A stretch of DNA of 63,083 nucleotides, filler included, from Stramenopiles sp. TOSAG23-3 (lineage: Eukaryota): NCBI GenBank assembly GCA_900128585.1. It is 18 parts of 18 records of this genome, joined end to end, with 100 filler letters (N's around TTAATTAATTAA, not from the genome) between each part and the next. Parts side by side here need not be neighbours in the genome. Positions count along the whole stretch, not along the records: positions 1 to 3,425 come from LT644232.1; positions 3,526 to 6,950 come from LT644233.1; positions 7,051 to 10,475 come from LT644234.1; positions 10,576 to 13,997 come from LT644235.1; 14 more parts are not named here. One strand, given 5' to 3'. Of this stretch, positions 1 to 11,005 are shown in pieces (the first letter of the stretch is position 1; each line of letters starts with the position of its first letter). The notes beneath the pieces are model-generated. The model was given only the letters and a program-made list of their open reading frames with translations. It was not told the DNA's origin and searched no databases. A program made the translations under genes and the position numbers.

Positions 1-222
1 TTTTCCTTTCTTTCTTCTTTTCCTTTCTTTCACTTAATAATAACCCTAATTATAATTAAAAGAAGAAACCAATTGATGAGATCAATTTAAGTTCAAATGG
101 TCCTATGCTATAGTTACTGTAAGAAAACCTAATTTATAAATATCTCTTTCCTTCCTTCCTACTCTTCCTTCCTTCCTTCCTTCCTACTCTTTCTATTTCT
201 CTCTTTTCTAAATTAAATTAAC

Positions 223-329
223 GAAAGAAAGAAAGAGTCAAAAGAAAGAAAAAAAGAAAGAAAGAAAGAAAGAGTCGAAAGAAAGAAAGAAAGAAAGAAA
301 GAAAGAAGAGAAAGAAGAGAAAGAAAGAA
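223..329. repeat. (GAAA)n microsatellite
   Basis: Seen directly. Similar (GAAA/TTTC)n tracts at 3526-3622, 6851-6950 and 9025-9093. Confidence 0.9.
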
Positions 330-1082
330 TCCATCTTCCACAATGCTATTATCATATTAAACCATCGTTTTCTTTCTATTTTTTTAATATCTACTTCCTA
401 TTTCCCTTCTATTCTCTCCCCCCCCCCTCTTTCCATATTCATCTCCAACTCACCTCCTTTCCTAACCCTATATTATAACACTATCATCAACCCCATCATA
501 TACCCTAAATACAACACTACCACTAACCCCAACCTTCTTCGAGTGAAGAATAGAACAGGGACAGAGGACTGGAAGAAACTAGAAAACAGAAAGGATATAA
601 TATTATAACGAAACAGAATGAAAAACATTGTGCGTGAACAACGAACGACGAACGACGAACGACGACGCTTTGATGAACGAATGTTGCGTGAACCGTTCTT
701 TTTGTTTTTCATATTAGACATTGTAAATTAAGGATAAAAAGAAAACAAAAAGTATATTATACTAAACTAATAAATATATTTACAACATATATATAAATAT
801 ATATTAAAATCCTTAAAAGACAAAACAAATGTTGAACCGAAAAAAAATAATATAAAAAAACAACGAAGAAAGAAAGAAAGAAAGAAACTTCTTTGAGACA
901 ATCTAATGATGCCTGTACTGACTCTTCTGAATACGTTTGAAATATTTTATTTTCTCTCTTCTCTTCTCCACCATTCCCTATTCACACAAGAAAACGTGTG
1001 GTTCTCTCTCTTTCACTCTCTCTTTGGATCGTGAAATCTCAAGTTTTCGTTTTACTTTTGAATTTGACTCGACTCTTCCACC

Positions 1083-3362
1083 ATGTCGACTTCGCCGCCA
1101 CGACGCGAGGGGGGGCTAACCCTCTTCCTCCTTTGCGCCCTCCTGGTCCTGTACCTCTCCCCTAACCCCTGCCTTGCCCAGGACGCGACATCCCCGATCA
1201 GCGGGCTGAAGATAAATCGGCCCGCCAGCCTGGCAAAACAGTACAGGGAAGGGATGCTGCACAGCATGGCCCTCTTCGGGGTCCCGCACTACGGGAAGAA
1301 GCTGGGCCCCGTCAAGATCTACGACGCGACCAACAACTCCGAGTCGGACGGCTGCGCGGGCTGGACCGCCGACCCGGCGTGGTCCAAGCACGGGCCGTTC
1401 ATCGTTTTGGTCAACCGTGGAAAGTGCCACTTCACCAAGAAGGTCGCGTACGCCCAGGGCCAGGGCGCCGCCGCGGTCATCATCCGGGACAACGTCCTTC
1501 TCAGCGGCGAGCCCGCGTCCTACTGCCCGAATTACGAGAAGCCCACGTACGTCAAGGACGGACAAACTCGGCCCTGCCTCGTCGGCATCAACGTGGACAC
1601 CTGCAAATGCAGCGAGTCCGGGAACGTGAAGCCCACCGTGCTCCCGAGCATCCCGGCCTGCACGGGCGCCGCGAACAACAACGCCGTCTACGAGACGGAC
1701 AAGGCCAAGTGCGGGCGCGAGCCCGCGCCCTGCTGGCGGTGCTCCGCCAGCAACGACGTCTTCCCGCTCGAGTGCCGGAACTCCGCGACCCGCCAGTGCG
1801 TCGTCGAGAACCGGGAGCCCTTCATGGCGGACGACGGGACGGGCGGGTCCATCAGCATCCCCTCCTTCATCGTCTCCGACTACGACGGGGAGAACTTGAG
1901 GAACGCGATCCACGCGTCCGGGACGTTCGTCACGATGGCCTGGGACCTGCCCCAGCGGTCCAGCGTCTCGTACGAGATGTGGACGTCCTCCGAGGACCAC
2001 AACGGCGCCGAGTTCAAGCGGGACTTCCAAGAGCTCGCCGTCGAGCTCCGGGAGTCGACCACCTTCAAGCCCCGGTACTTCATATACGACGGGATCTACC
2101 AGGACTGCTACCAAAACGTCGACTGCGGGTCCCTCGACTGCAAGGTCTGCAAGGACCTGTGCATCCTGGACGGGCGCTACTGCGGCCCCGACCCGGACAA
2201 CACCTTCGACGGGGTCAAGGGCGCGGACATCGTCAAGGAGAACCTCCGCCAGATGTGCATCTTCAAAGTGCTCTCCAAGTCCACCGACGCCGTGCAGCGA
2301 AAGAAGGACCAGGGCAAGTGGTGGTGCTACGCGAACGCGTTCGCGAACAACTGTTACGGGGAGGACGGGAAGATGGACAGCTCCGAGACGTTCGCCCAGT
2401 GCGCCGTCGACCAGATGCAGGACGTCGGCATCGATGTGGCCGCCGTCAACACGTGCATGAGCGACGCGGGGGGCACGGAGTGCCGCGCGACGGGCACCTG
2501 CCAGCAGAACACGATGCTCGAGGGCGAGGTCCTGGACCGGGCCAACTTTGGAATCCTTAGCCTGCCGAGCATCGTCGTGAACGGCGTGCTCCTTCGCACC
2601 GCGAGCACGAGCGGGGGCGCCGCCGAGCTGACGGTGGTGGAGGCGATCTGCAACGCGTTTGCGGCCGGGTTCGCGCCGGACGTCTGCGAGCGCATTGCCG
2701 ACCCCATGGGCACCAGCGGGAGTGCCGGGATCGCGACCATCGAGTTCAACGCCGAGCTGAGCTACGACGGCGAGTACAAGTACGTCCCGGAGATCGGGAC
2801 ACGGTTTCGGGATACCCTGTCCATGAAGCTCGGCGTCGACCGCTCGGCCATCCGCCTGGAGAAGACGGCAGACAAGGGCGGGCACACCGTGCTGGCGGTC
2901 TCCCTGACGCGCCTGATGTGCACCGACGAGAGGGACGAGACGGAGACCGTGGCCCAGATGCTCAACAAGGTCAACTCTTGCCAGGAGGCCGTCGTGGACG
3001 CGGACGACGCGGACAAGGAGCTGGAAAGCCTGGAAAACAAAGCCTTCTACTTTCACACGCACATTCCCACCGACAAGAAAACCCACGTCGTGACGGCCAA
3101 AATGACGGGCGTGAAGAAGAACTGCTTGGCCCACAGCGGCACGAAAGGGACCAACGTTCCGACCAACGGCTCGGGCGTCAGCTGGCCGGCGCTTATCGTC
3201 ATTCTAGTAATCCTCATCGCCCTCGGGGCCGCCGGGGGGTTCGTTTGGTACCAAAGGGTTCGCAACGACATGCGCCACCGCGTGCAGAGCATCCTCGAAC
3301 AGTACCAGCCGTTGGAAGAAATCTCCGGAAAGGACGAAAGCGAAACTGCCGCGATGCTGTGA
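1083..3362 (+). CDS. Vacuolar sorting receptor (VSR/BP-80)-like type I membrane protein with PA domain
   Basis: Signal peptide; ALFGVPHYG; PA motif IVLVNRGKCHFTKKVAYAQ..GAAAVII.DN; PFMADDG..SISIPS; GRYCGPDP and GADIVKENLRQMCIF; one TM helix; cytosolic SILEQYQPL (YxxPhi, compare plant VSR AIMAQYMPL). Confidence 0.9.
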   Translation: MSTSPPRREGGLTLFLLCALLVLYLSPNPCLAQDATSPISGLKINRPASLAKQYREGMLHSMALFGVPHYGKKLGPVKIYDATNNSESDGCAGWTADPAWSKHGPFIVLVNRGKCHFTKKVAYAQGQGAAAVIIRDNVLLSGEPASYCPNYEKPTYVKDGQTRPCLVGINVDTCKCSESGNVKPTVLPSIPACTGAANNNAVYETDKAKCGREPAPCWRCSASNDVFPLECRNSATRQCVVENREPFMADDGTGGSISIPSFIVSDYDGENLRNAIHASGTFVTMAWDLPQRSSVSYEMWTSSEDHNGAEFKRDFQELAVELRESTTFKPRYFIYDGIYQDCYQNVDCGSLDCKVCKDLCILDGRYCGPDPDNTFDGVKGADIVKENLRQMCIFKVLSKSTDAVQRKKDQGKWWCYANAFANNCYGEDGKMDSSETFAQCAVDQMQDVGIDVAAVNTCMSDAGGTECRATGTCQQNTMLEGEVLDRANFGILSLPSIVVNGVLLRTASTSGGAAELTVVEAICNAFAAGFAPDVCERIADPMGTSGSAGIATIEFNAELSYDGEYKYVPEIGTRFRDTLSMKLGVDRSAIRLEKTADKGGHTVLAVSLTRLMCTDERDETETVAQMLNKVNSCQEAVVDADDADKELESLENKAFYFHTHIPTDKKTHVVTAKMTGVKKNCLAHSGTKGTNVPTNGSGVSWPALIVILVILIALGAAGGFVWYQRVRNDMRHRVQSILEQYQPLEEISGKDESETAAML

Positions 3363-3425
3363 AGCTGAAGGTGGAGAGGGCGCCGTATATTTTTTATTTT
3401 TTAACTGGATCTGTCTCTCGCACAC

Positions 3426-3525
3426 NNNNNNNNNNNNNNNNNNNNNNNNNNNNNNNNNNNNNNNNNNNNTTAATTAATTAANNNNNNNNNNNNNNNNNNN
3501 NNNNNNNNNNNNNNNNNNNNNNNNN
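3426..3525. other. Artificial contig linker N44-TTAATTAATTAA-N44 (first of 17)
   Basis: Identical 100-bp linkers with stops in all six frames at 3426, 6951, 10476, 13998, 17517, 21036, 24554, 28065, 31574, 35080, 38585, 42090, 45595, 49095, 52594, 56091 and 59588. Contig lengths fall monotonically from 3425 to 3396 bp. Synteny across linkers has no meaning. Confidence 0.99.
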
Positions 3526-3527
3526 TT

Positions 3528-3596
<69 letters not shown>

Positions 3597-4194
3597 TTCT
3601 TTTTTCTTCTTCTTCTTTCTTTCTGATCAAAAGAGAGTACAGCACAGTAAGGAAATGATTTAAATCATATTTAAAAAAATAAATTACATTAAAATTAAAA
3701 TTCATCCCATCCCTTTTATTCTCCTGTTATATTTATGTTTATTTAAGATGGAATGGAATACTTTACATATTATAATTAACATAGAAATAGAACCAACAAC
3801 CATTTTAATTGAAACCAATATATTTATACATACATATACACAGCATAGATATATCACAACCTATAAAATATTTCATATTGTATTCAATTCCTTAATTTGA
3901 ACAAAGTTGGTTTTGGCCCCGACGGAGAAAGTTGATGCTATGCTCTGTAATGTAATGTCTGAATTTTTGAGATCCAATCAATTTATACTATACAAATAAT
4001 GTATAGTTAAATACATGTATTAAAATAGGCATTTTAAGATATAGTAATAATGTACAAACATACATTGTAATACTTATATAACTACTATTACTATGTATTG
4101 TTATATAAATACATAGGAATACCATAGATACTTTTCAAATATGGTATAATTTTTCATCTCGTGTTAAATTATAGGGTTGTTGTAAAAAATAAGG

Positions 4195-5930
4195 TCAAAC
4201 CAAAGCGGTGATCATGTTGGAATTACCCAATGGGGAATCACAACCATCCCAATGATGATTTGGGATTGAATCCATTGGGGCAGGGGATGATTCTTCTAAA
4301 CTCTTTCTCCGATAGATAAGGATGTAGGCGTCTGGGGTTTGAACGTTTCTCGGTTCTACGGGGGTAACGTGTTGGTCGTCGAAGTGGAGCCATTGGTCAC
4401 TTCCATGGTCGTAGCAGTACGCGGTGTAATGCCCAGACCGGACCGTGCCGTGGTGGCAAATGATGCTGCTCAAATCGTACAGGGTCCGGCCGTCCGGGTC
4501 GCGCGCCCCTTTCGGTAGGAACGGGGACATGTCCAGGTCTTTCATGGGAAACTCTATGTAACGGCTGTTCTTGAACCACACCCCCCCCCACGGCCCGCCA
4601 GCGCTTCAGGTGAAAGCAGAGGACCTCTGGGAGTTCCAAGACGGACAGTTGCTTCGTCGTGGCCTTTTCCCCGACGAACGGGAACGCGCCGCGGTGGGCG
4701 ATGTCCTCGTACGACGCGACGGCCAGCTTGTACCCACGCTCCGCCTCGTTGCGCTTGCAGTCATCGCACGCGTACGGCTGCAGGCACGACAGCTTTTCTA
4801 CCTTCGTATACCGCTTCAAGCAGTCGGCCAAGTTCAAGTTCCGGGCCCGAAACCCGCTGTTCCCGTTCGACATGTTCTTCACCCGGACGCAGTTCACGCT
4901 GGTCATGGTGTAGTCCAGGGACAGGTTCAAAAACACTTCGCTGCTCACGCTCTCCTTCCCGCACCGCCCGCAGTGCAGCACGCTCTGCACCTTTCCATAA
5001 AAGTTCGACTCCACATCGAGCGTTCCCTCGTCCTTCAGACGGTCCAGCATGTAGTGGAAGAACGCGTGCGCGTCGTGCTGCCCGTTGCCGCTGAAAATGG
5101 GCATGATGTCGGTGATGGTGCGAAAAAATGTATCCGGGGACCAGGTCGCGATCGCCCCGTGGTCCCCCCGCCAGATGGCCCGAAAAACTTTCAAGGATTC
5201 GTCCGACATGGACACGCCGTCCGTGGGCCGGTTCTCCCCCCCCCCCTAAAGGGAGCGACCGGCTCGCCTGCTCCTGCTCCACCGCCCGCAGCTGCGGGGT
5301 CGACGTCCCGGACCTTGGGCCGTCGTTGCTGACGCTGCCCGTGCGCCACCGCAGCCGGGGCGAGATGGGGGAGCCGCCCTCGTCGCCGCCCCACAGCCCG
5401 CCGCCCGCCTCCCGCCGCCCTGGCTTCAGGGAGTCCTGGAGGCAGGTGACCGACCTCGGCCCCGGCCGTTTTCGCACAAAGTGCGTCTGCAACGGGGACG
5501 TCAGCAGCGGACCGTTCGAGGAGACGGGCAGCGGCTGCTGGGGCAGCACGGCTGTTGCCGTTGGTTTGGAAGAGAATACGTGTCGCTTGAATGGCTCCGT
5601 GTACGCCAGGGCCTGCAAAACCGAGTTCAAAAAGCATGTGTTGCCAAGGTTGTACAGCCCAACGCGGCCGGCGACGTGCATCCCGTCCGACTCCCTCAGC
5701 CTCGCGCTGGACCGGGAGATCCGCGGCCGTTGGCGCGGGCGAGGGGGCGACTTCGACCCCAACCCTCTCCTGCGGCCGGCCGGTTGGTGTCGTTTCGCGC
5801 CGACCGGGAGCCACTCTTCCCCCTCCTCCGAGGAGTCCACGGAGGAGGGGGTCGGCGACGAGGCAGAACGCACTGGGGAAAACCGTCTGCTGATCACCGA
5901 GGAGCCACTTTTACCACGCTGCCGTGACAT
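4195..5930 (-). CDS. Ubiquitin-specific protease (peptidase C19/USP), split by two homopolymer frameshifts
   Basis: Cys box GLYNLGNTCFLNSVLQAL in frame 1; QHDAHAF and LPEVLCFHLKR in frame 2; His box YDLSSIICHHG..SGHYTAY..WLHFDD..AYILIY in frame 3. The frames join if one G is removed from G11 (5236-5246) and one from G9 (4581-4589). Confidence 0.9.
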
Positions 5931-6545
5931 GGTCGTAGAAAACGAGCAAAAACAAAACAAAAAGAAATAAAAAAAGGAGCCGAAGGGGCGACGCACTCAC
6001 AAACCAACCACACGAACGAACCTACCACAAACACACACACACGCACGCACGCACGCAACGAACAGCGCCTGCCTGATGCGAATTGCGTCTGTTATTTTTC
6101 AACAACCTCGAGACCGTCTCTTTCTCTCTATTTCTCTCTCTCTCTCTCTCCCGCACAAGCTTATCCTCAAACAGCAGACCAAAGTGCACAAACGTAATTG
6201 GAATAGTTAAACACAATTACTACGAAAGTACGGTTTGGTTTCTCTTACTTCTTATCTTTTCATTTGATTTCCCCCTTCTTCCTTTTTTTGTTGGTTGCTT
6301 CTTCTTGCTTCTTCTTGCTTCTTCTTGCTTCTTGCTTCTTTCTTCTTTTCTTCTTTTCTTCTTAAAATATTTTTTAATATAAAAAATGTCGTCGTAAATA
6401 AAAGAAGGAGGGAAAGTATAATATTTTATATTCTTGTATTGTTATAAGTATAAATATTAATATATTTACCTATTTATTGTATTTATAAAATGAAAGGACA
6501 ATGGAATACCAAGGAGAACATACAGATTGTGTGATTTTATGTATT

Positions 6546-6641
6546 TGTAAGTGATATTAGAATAGGTTAAGTATTCTCTATCTGATGAAGAGAGAGTGAA
6601 CAATATGTAGTTGTAAGTGATATTAGAATAGGATAAGTATT
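6546..6641. repeat. 30-bp direct repeat, two copies 66 bp apart
   Basis: TGTAAGTGATATTAGAATAGG(T/A)TAAGTATT at 6546 and 6612. Confidence 0.8.
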
Positions 6642-7050
6642 TGAGATATACATATATGGATATAGGTAGATATAAAGAAGATGGAGTGCCCCATTTGATA
6701 GGAATAGGAAGCATTCTTATTTTAAAAAATACTTAAATCTTAAAACCACAAATTCTATTTTATTTATTTTTTTTTTATTATAGATTTTATTATTATAAAT
6801 ATTTAATAATACATAGAGATAGAAGAAGGAAGGAAGCAAAATAGTAGGATTCTTTCTTTTGAGTTCTTTCTTTCTTTCTTTCTTTCTTTTGAGTTCTTTC
6901 TTTCTTTCTTTTGAGTTCTTTCTTTCTTTCTTTTGAGTTCTTTCTTTCTTNNNNNNNNNNNNNNNNNNNNNNNNNNNNNNNNNNNNNNNNNNNNTTAATT
7001 AATTAANNNNNNNNNNNNNNNNNNNNNNNNNNNNNNNNNNNNNNNNNNNN

Positions 7051-7085
<35 letters not shown>

Positions 7086-7090
7086 CTAGC

Positions 7091-7864
7091 TTAGAACAGC
7101 TTTACCCGATGAAGCACGGGGCGCCTTACTTTCTGCTCCTTCTGTAGCAACTTTTTCGTTGCACTGCTAAAATGCTTGTAGAAGTTGGACTGCCGGACGC
7201 CCCACGTGGACGGCTGGGTAATGACCCCATCGGCATAATCGACGGAAGTGTATGACGACGATTTGACAGGGGACTTTGGAAGTTCATTTCCTCGCACAAT
7301 TGAATTGATTCTATCTTCGTAATTTACAGCATCAAAAGTGCTCCTAATATCAAACTCCCCGAACTGCTTCGGCTGGTTGCCCTTTGGCCCCCTCGTCTTC
7401 GTTATTAACCGGTCGGAGACCCCTAGCCATCCCTTTCGGCAATGCCTGGACGCTGCAAGGCTAGAGTCTACGCATGATGTGTCGGACGGATCCGTTTCCT
7501 CTAGCAGGGGTTTGTCGAGCACGCCCAGCGGGACGCTTATTCGTTCGTACTTTAGCGCGCTGGGGACGTTGGAGTACCGGACAAGCGGGGGCTGGTCGGA
7601 CTGCGCAGACGTGCGCTTGTTCCCAACTGGGACTACAAACAATCTATCATCTAATTCATAACTTTTGATCTCGTACTTTGCCACTCCCTCACTAATCTGT
7701 TCCTGAATATTCCTAGACGTAACCTTCCGATCAACAACCTTGCTCATCGGCAACGTCCGCTTTGGGGAGGAATAGTTATTGTAACGCTTCGTTACGGTAA
7801 ACAGCGCCGGGCGGTCCTCGCGGTACTGCTTCAAGGAGCGCAGGTACTCCTCCGACATCAACAT
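7091..7864 (-). CDS. Hypothetical protein (~257 aa)
   Basis: GC-richer ORF bounded by AT-rich DNA, ATG at 7864; no motif recognised. A G35 run (7051-7085) follows the stop at the contig edge. Confidence 0.6.
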   Translation of the reverse strand: MLMSEEYLRSLKQYREDRPALFTVTKRYNNYSSPKRTLPMSKVVDRKVTSRNIQEQISEGVAKYEIKSYELDDRLFVVPVGNKRTSAQSDQPPLVRYSNVPSALKYERISVPLGVLDKPLLEETDPSDTSCVDSSLAASRHCRKGWLGVSDRLITKTRGPKGNQPKQFGEFDIRSTFDAVNYEDRINSIVRGNELPKSPVKSSSYTSVDYADGVITQPSTWGVRQSNFYKHFSSATKKLLQKEQKVRRPVLHRVKLF

Positions 7865-9025
7865 ACTAACGTCGTTGTGTGTGGGGGGGTGCTTGTTATT
7901 GTGTTGCAATTTGTCTGCTGTTTTAATATGAGTGAAAGGGATGGAGGGTGGGGGCATTCGAATGAACAGATATTATATGAATTATACATGGTGGAAAGGA
8001 AAAGAAAGAGTTGGAAAGATAGATTGGAAGGAGGAACAAAGGCAGCATTGTTATTTTTTAATAATAAAATATAATAATAATATAATAATAATAAAAAATA
8101 TCTCAAAAAGAAGAAGACGAAAAAAGAAGAAGAAAAAGAAGAGGGAGAAAGATGAAAGAAGAAGAAGAAGAAGAAGAAAAAGAAAAAGAAGAAAAAAAAT
8201 GCGCAAACATCATCAACAAAATGAAAAATCCAATGCTATTTTATGTTCTATTTTAATTAATAGGTAAATAGATAGGTAGTATTTAGGTGGTGATTTATTT
8301 ATTTTTAATTTTAATTTAAATTGATGAAATGAAATAAAATGAAATAGTAACGTTGAATATAACAAAGACAGAGGAAGAGAATGAAATAAAATAATTTAAT
8401 AAAATTTAAGACTATAATTATAATATACTTTAATTATTATACCTTACTATTTAAATAGATGTAAAGTTAATAATATAGTTCCAATGCTATTGCTATATTA
8501 TAATTACAGTTTGATTAAATTCTTCTTCTTTTTTTTCCTTTCTCCTTTTTTTTCCTTTTTGCTTTTTTTCCCTTTCTTCTTTCTTTCTGAGCTTTTACTT
8601 CTTACTTCTTTCTTTTTTCTTTTTTCTTTTGCTTCTTCAGTTTTATATAACATAAGAATAGGAAGGGAAAAAGGATGGAACACAGAACATAAATCCTTCC
8701 TTTACTTAAAATTGGATATCTCCCTTAATATTTATTACCTTTCCTTATTATGGCTTATTTCGTGGTTCCATCCTCCCTCCCTATTTGCTCTTTCATGACA
8801 CTACTATGATATGTAATTAATAATAATAGGATATGCTATTCTTATGTTAATAATAAAGCTCGATGATCTCATTCATGCTATTTCTATATTATGTATTAAA
8901 TTTACCACCAAGTAAATTGGATTGATATATTTTTCCTGCTGTGTTGATATTAAATCGAAGATCAATTTCATTGTGTTGATCGTGTAACGGTGGAATTGTT
9001 GTTGTTTTGAAAGAAGAACAACAAA

Positions 9026-9070
<45 letters not shown>

Positions 9071-9486
9071 AGAAAGAAAGAAAGAAAGAAGAAGATGTTT
9101 TTTTTTATCTTTTCTAATTATTATTTTTTTATAATAAATTATTATATATTAATAATATTATCGTTGGATTGAAAGAAAGAACGAAGAAGAAAGGAAACAA
9201 CAAAACGATAGAGAGAATGATGAGAGATTAAGAGTCGATAAAAGATGAGACTGTAAAGGGAAAGGTCAATCCAATAGTATTGATAGATCAGACGACTACC
9301 GAAAGTAGAAGAGAAAACAATACGCGTTGAGTGTTTGAATTGTTTCTTTTTTCGTTTGTTTGCAACAAGTACGTAGTAGTTCAACAGCCAGCAGCGCCCT
9401 TCGAATCGATCGTCACTAGGCGTAAGAAAGAGAGAGCGTACAGTAGAAGGAAGTTTACGAACGGACAGTGCAGTGCTCGGGTAGAA

Positions 9487-10116
9487 ATGGAATACACAGG
9501 CGCTCAATACGAAGGCCCCATGGAGAGCGGGCGGTTCGAAGGCATTGGAACGTTCACGTTTCCGAACGGTACGAAGTATGTGGGAGGTATGAGGAACGGA
9601 ATGTTTCACGGAAAGGGCACGATATACGTGCCGAACACGGGTAGTTACACTGCAATGTGGAATGAGGGGAAAGAAGTCGAGGGCGAGTATACGTTTGATG
9701 ACGGGCTGGAATACAAAAAGAAAGATTGGGATTATTGCACACTAAAAGACAGGCGGTTCTATACCGAAGTAAACGGTGGTATAAAACCAGCGGGAGAATC
9801 CCAGCTCACGGACAACGCGGGCGGGGACCCGAAACTGGTGGACGGGCAGTACGACGCAGGCGATGGGTACTACGACTTCAATATTGGCGATGGGAAAATA
9901 CGCAGTTTCAAAACAGGCGAAATCATCAGGTACTTGGAGCCTGGGGAAGACAAGTGGCTGCGAAACAAGTGCAGAAAGGGCCCCTCAGGTAGTGTTGTGT
10001 ATAAAAAGGAAGAAGAAAAAGAAGAAGACGTTGCGGAGGAAGAAGAGGAAGGAGAAGAGAAGAACGACGGAGAAGAAGGACAGGGAGAGGAGAAGGCGTC
10101 CGTGGAAGAGAGTTAG
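9487..10116 (+). CDS. MORN5: MORN repeat-containing protein 5 (cilium-associated)
   Basis: MEYTGAQYEG...YVGGMRNGMFHGKG...YTFDDGLEY...WDYCTLKDRRFYTEVNGGIKPAGESQLT...YDAGDGYY...CRKG matches MORN5 along its length; acidic tail. Confidence 0.92.
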   Translation: MEYTGAQYEGPMESGRFEGIGTFTFPNGTKYVGGMRNGMFHGKGTIYVPNTGSYTAMWNEGKEVEGEYTFDDGLEYKKKDWDYCTLKDRRFYTEVNGGIKPAGESQLTDNAGGDPKLVDGQYDAGDGYYDFNIGDGKIRSFKTGEIIRYLEPGEDKWLRNKCRKGPSGSVVYKKEEEKEEDVAEEEEEGEEKNDGEEGQGEEKASVEES

Positions 10117-10340
10117 TTTCTACCGTGGGCGCGACGACGATGCCGTTTTGTGCCGCCAGCATAGCACGGCCACCAGCAATGGGTGACGGAGTGCGCGTTA
10201 ACTGTAGTCTTCAAAGTACGTTTTGTCCTCTTTGATAAAAATTCGCAGGAAGAAGCGGTTTGAAAAGGGACGGGTAAAAGGTCCAGGAGACTAGGAGGGA
10301 CGCTGTGTAGTCCGAAGTTCGTAGTTTTTAAAATCAAAGC

Positions 10341-10413
10341 AATGGCTGTTATTTAAGTATTTAAAATTTATCTTCTTCATGTCACGCGAATTTATTTCTG
10401 CTCCTTATGTCCA
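10341..10413 (-). repeat. Partial copy (terminus) of dispersed repeat family R1
   Basis: AATGGCTGTTATTTAAGTATTTAAAATTTATCTTCTTCATGT...TCTGCTCCTTATGTCCA aligns to the arms at 20755-20810 and to the reverse complement of 34040-34103. Confidence 0.8.
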
Positions 10414-11005
10414 GAGTAGTAAAGAAGGGGTTTTAGGGCTAAAGTCCCTTTTTTACATAAGATATAATATTTGCCNNNNNNNNNNNNNNNNNNNNNNNNN
10501 NNNNNNNNNNNNNNNNNNNTTAATTAATTAANNNNNNNNNNNNNNNNNNNNNNNNNNNNNNNNNNNNNNNNNNNNTTCTCTTCATTCTTCATCATCAAAA
10601 TCAAAATAATAATATAATAATAAAATGATTAATAATAATAATACTGCTGTATATATGATAATATTAGTAGACGACTATAATAATATTATTATTTGTTTTT
10701 TTTTTGAATTTTTTCTTCATCCTCCTCCTCCACCTACACTCTGATACTGTCACTTATAATGTACTACTAACTACTCTACTACCACCAAAAAAAAACGACG
10801 ACGGACGGACGGACGATCAACAAACACAATCTGAAATGACCAAACAGAGAAATGGATGGTTGTACAAATAACGTACAAAACGAATAGACATGTGTTTATA
10901 TTTTCAAACAGCAACGCATGCCAAGTAGAGAACGAGTGCAGCTGGTGTGAACGATAAGTCTGGAAAAGGCAACAAATTAGCGTACGTACGGAAGCGTTAC
11001 CGGCC

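Noticed and set aside
1116-3134. 672-aa antisense ORF and 393-aa alternative-frame ORF over the VSR gene
   Set aside because: Shadow ORFs expected from very high GC3; no domain content.
3470-3481. TTAATTAATTAA recurring every ~3.5 kb as a regular repeat array
   Set aside because: Always embedded in N44 on both sides; it is an artificial six-frame-stop linker.
7051-7085. G35 run as a functional G-quadruplex element
   Set aside because: It sits at a contig edge, so its length and reality cannot be trusted without reads.
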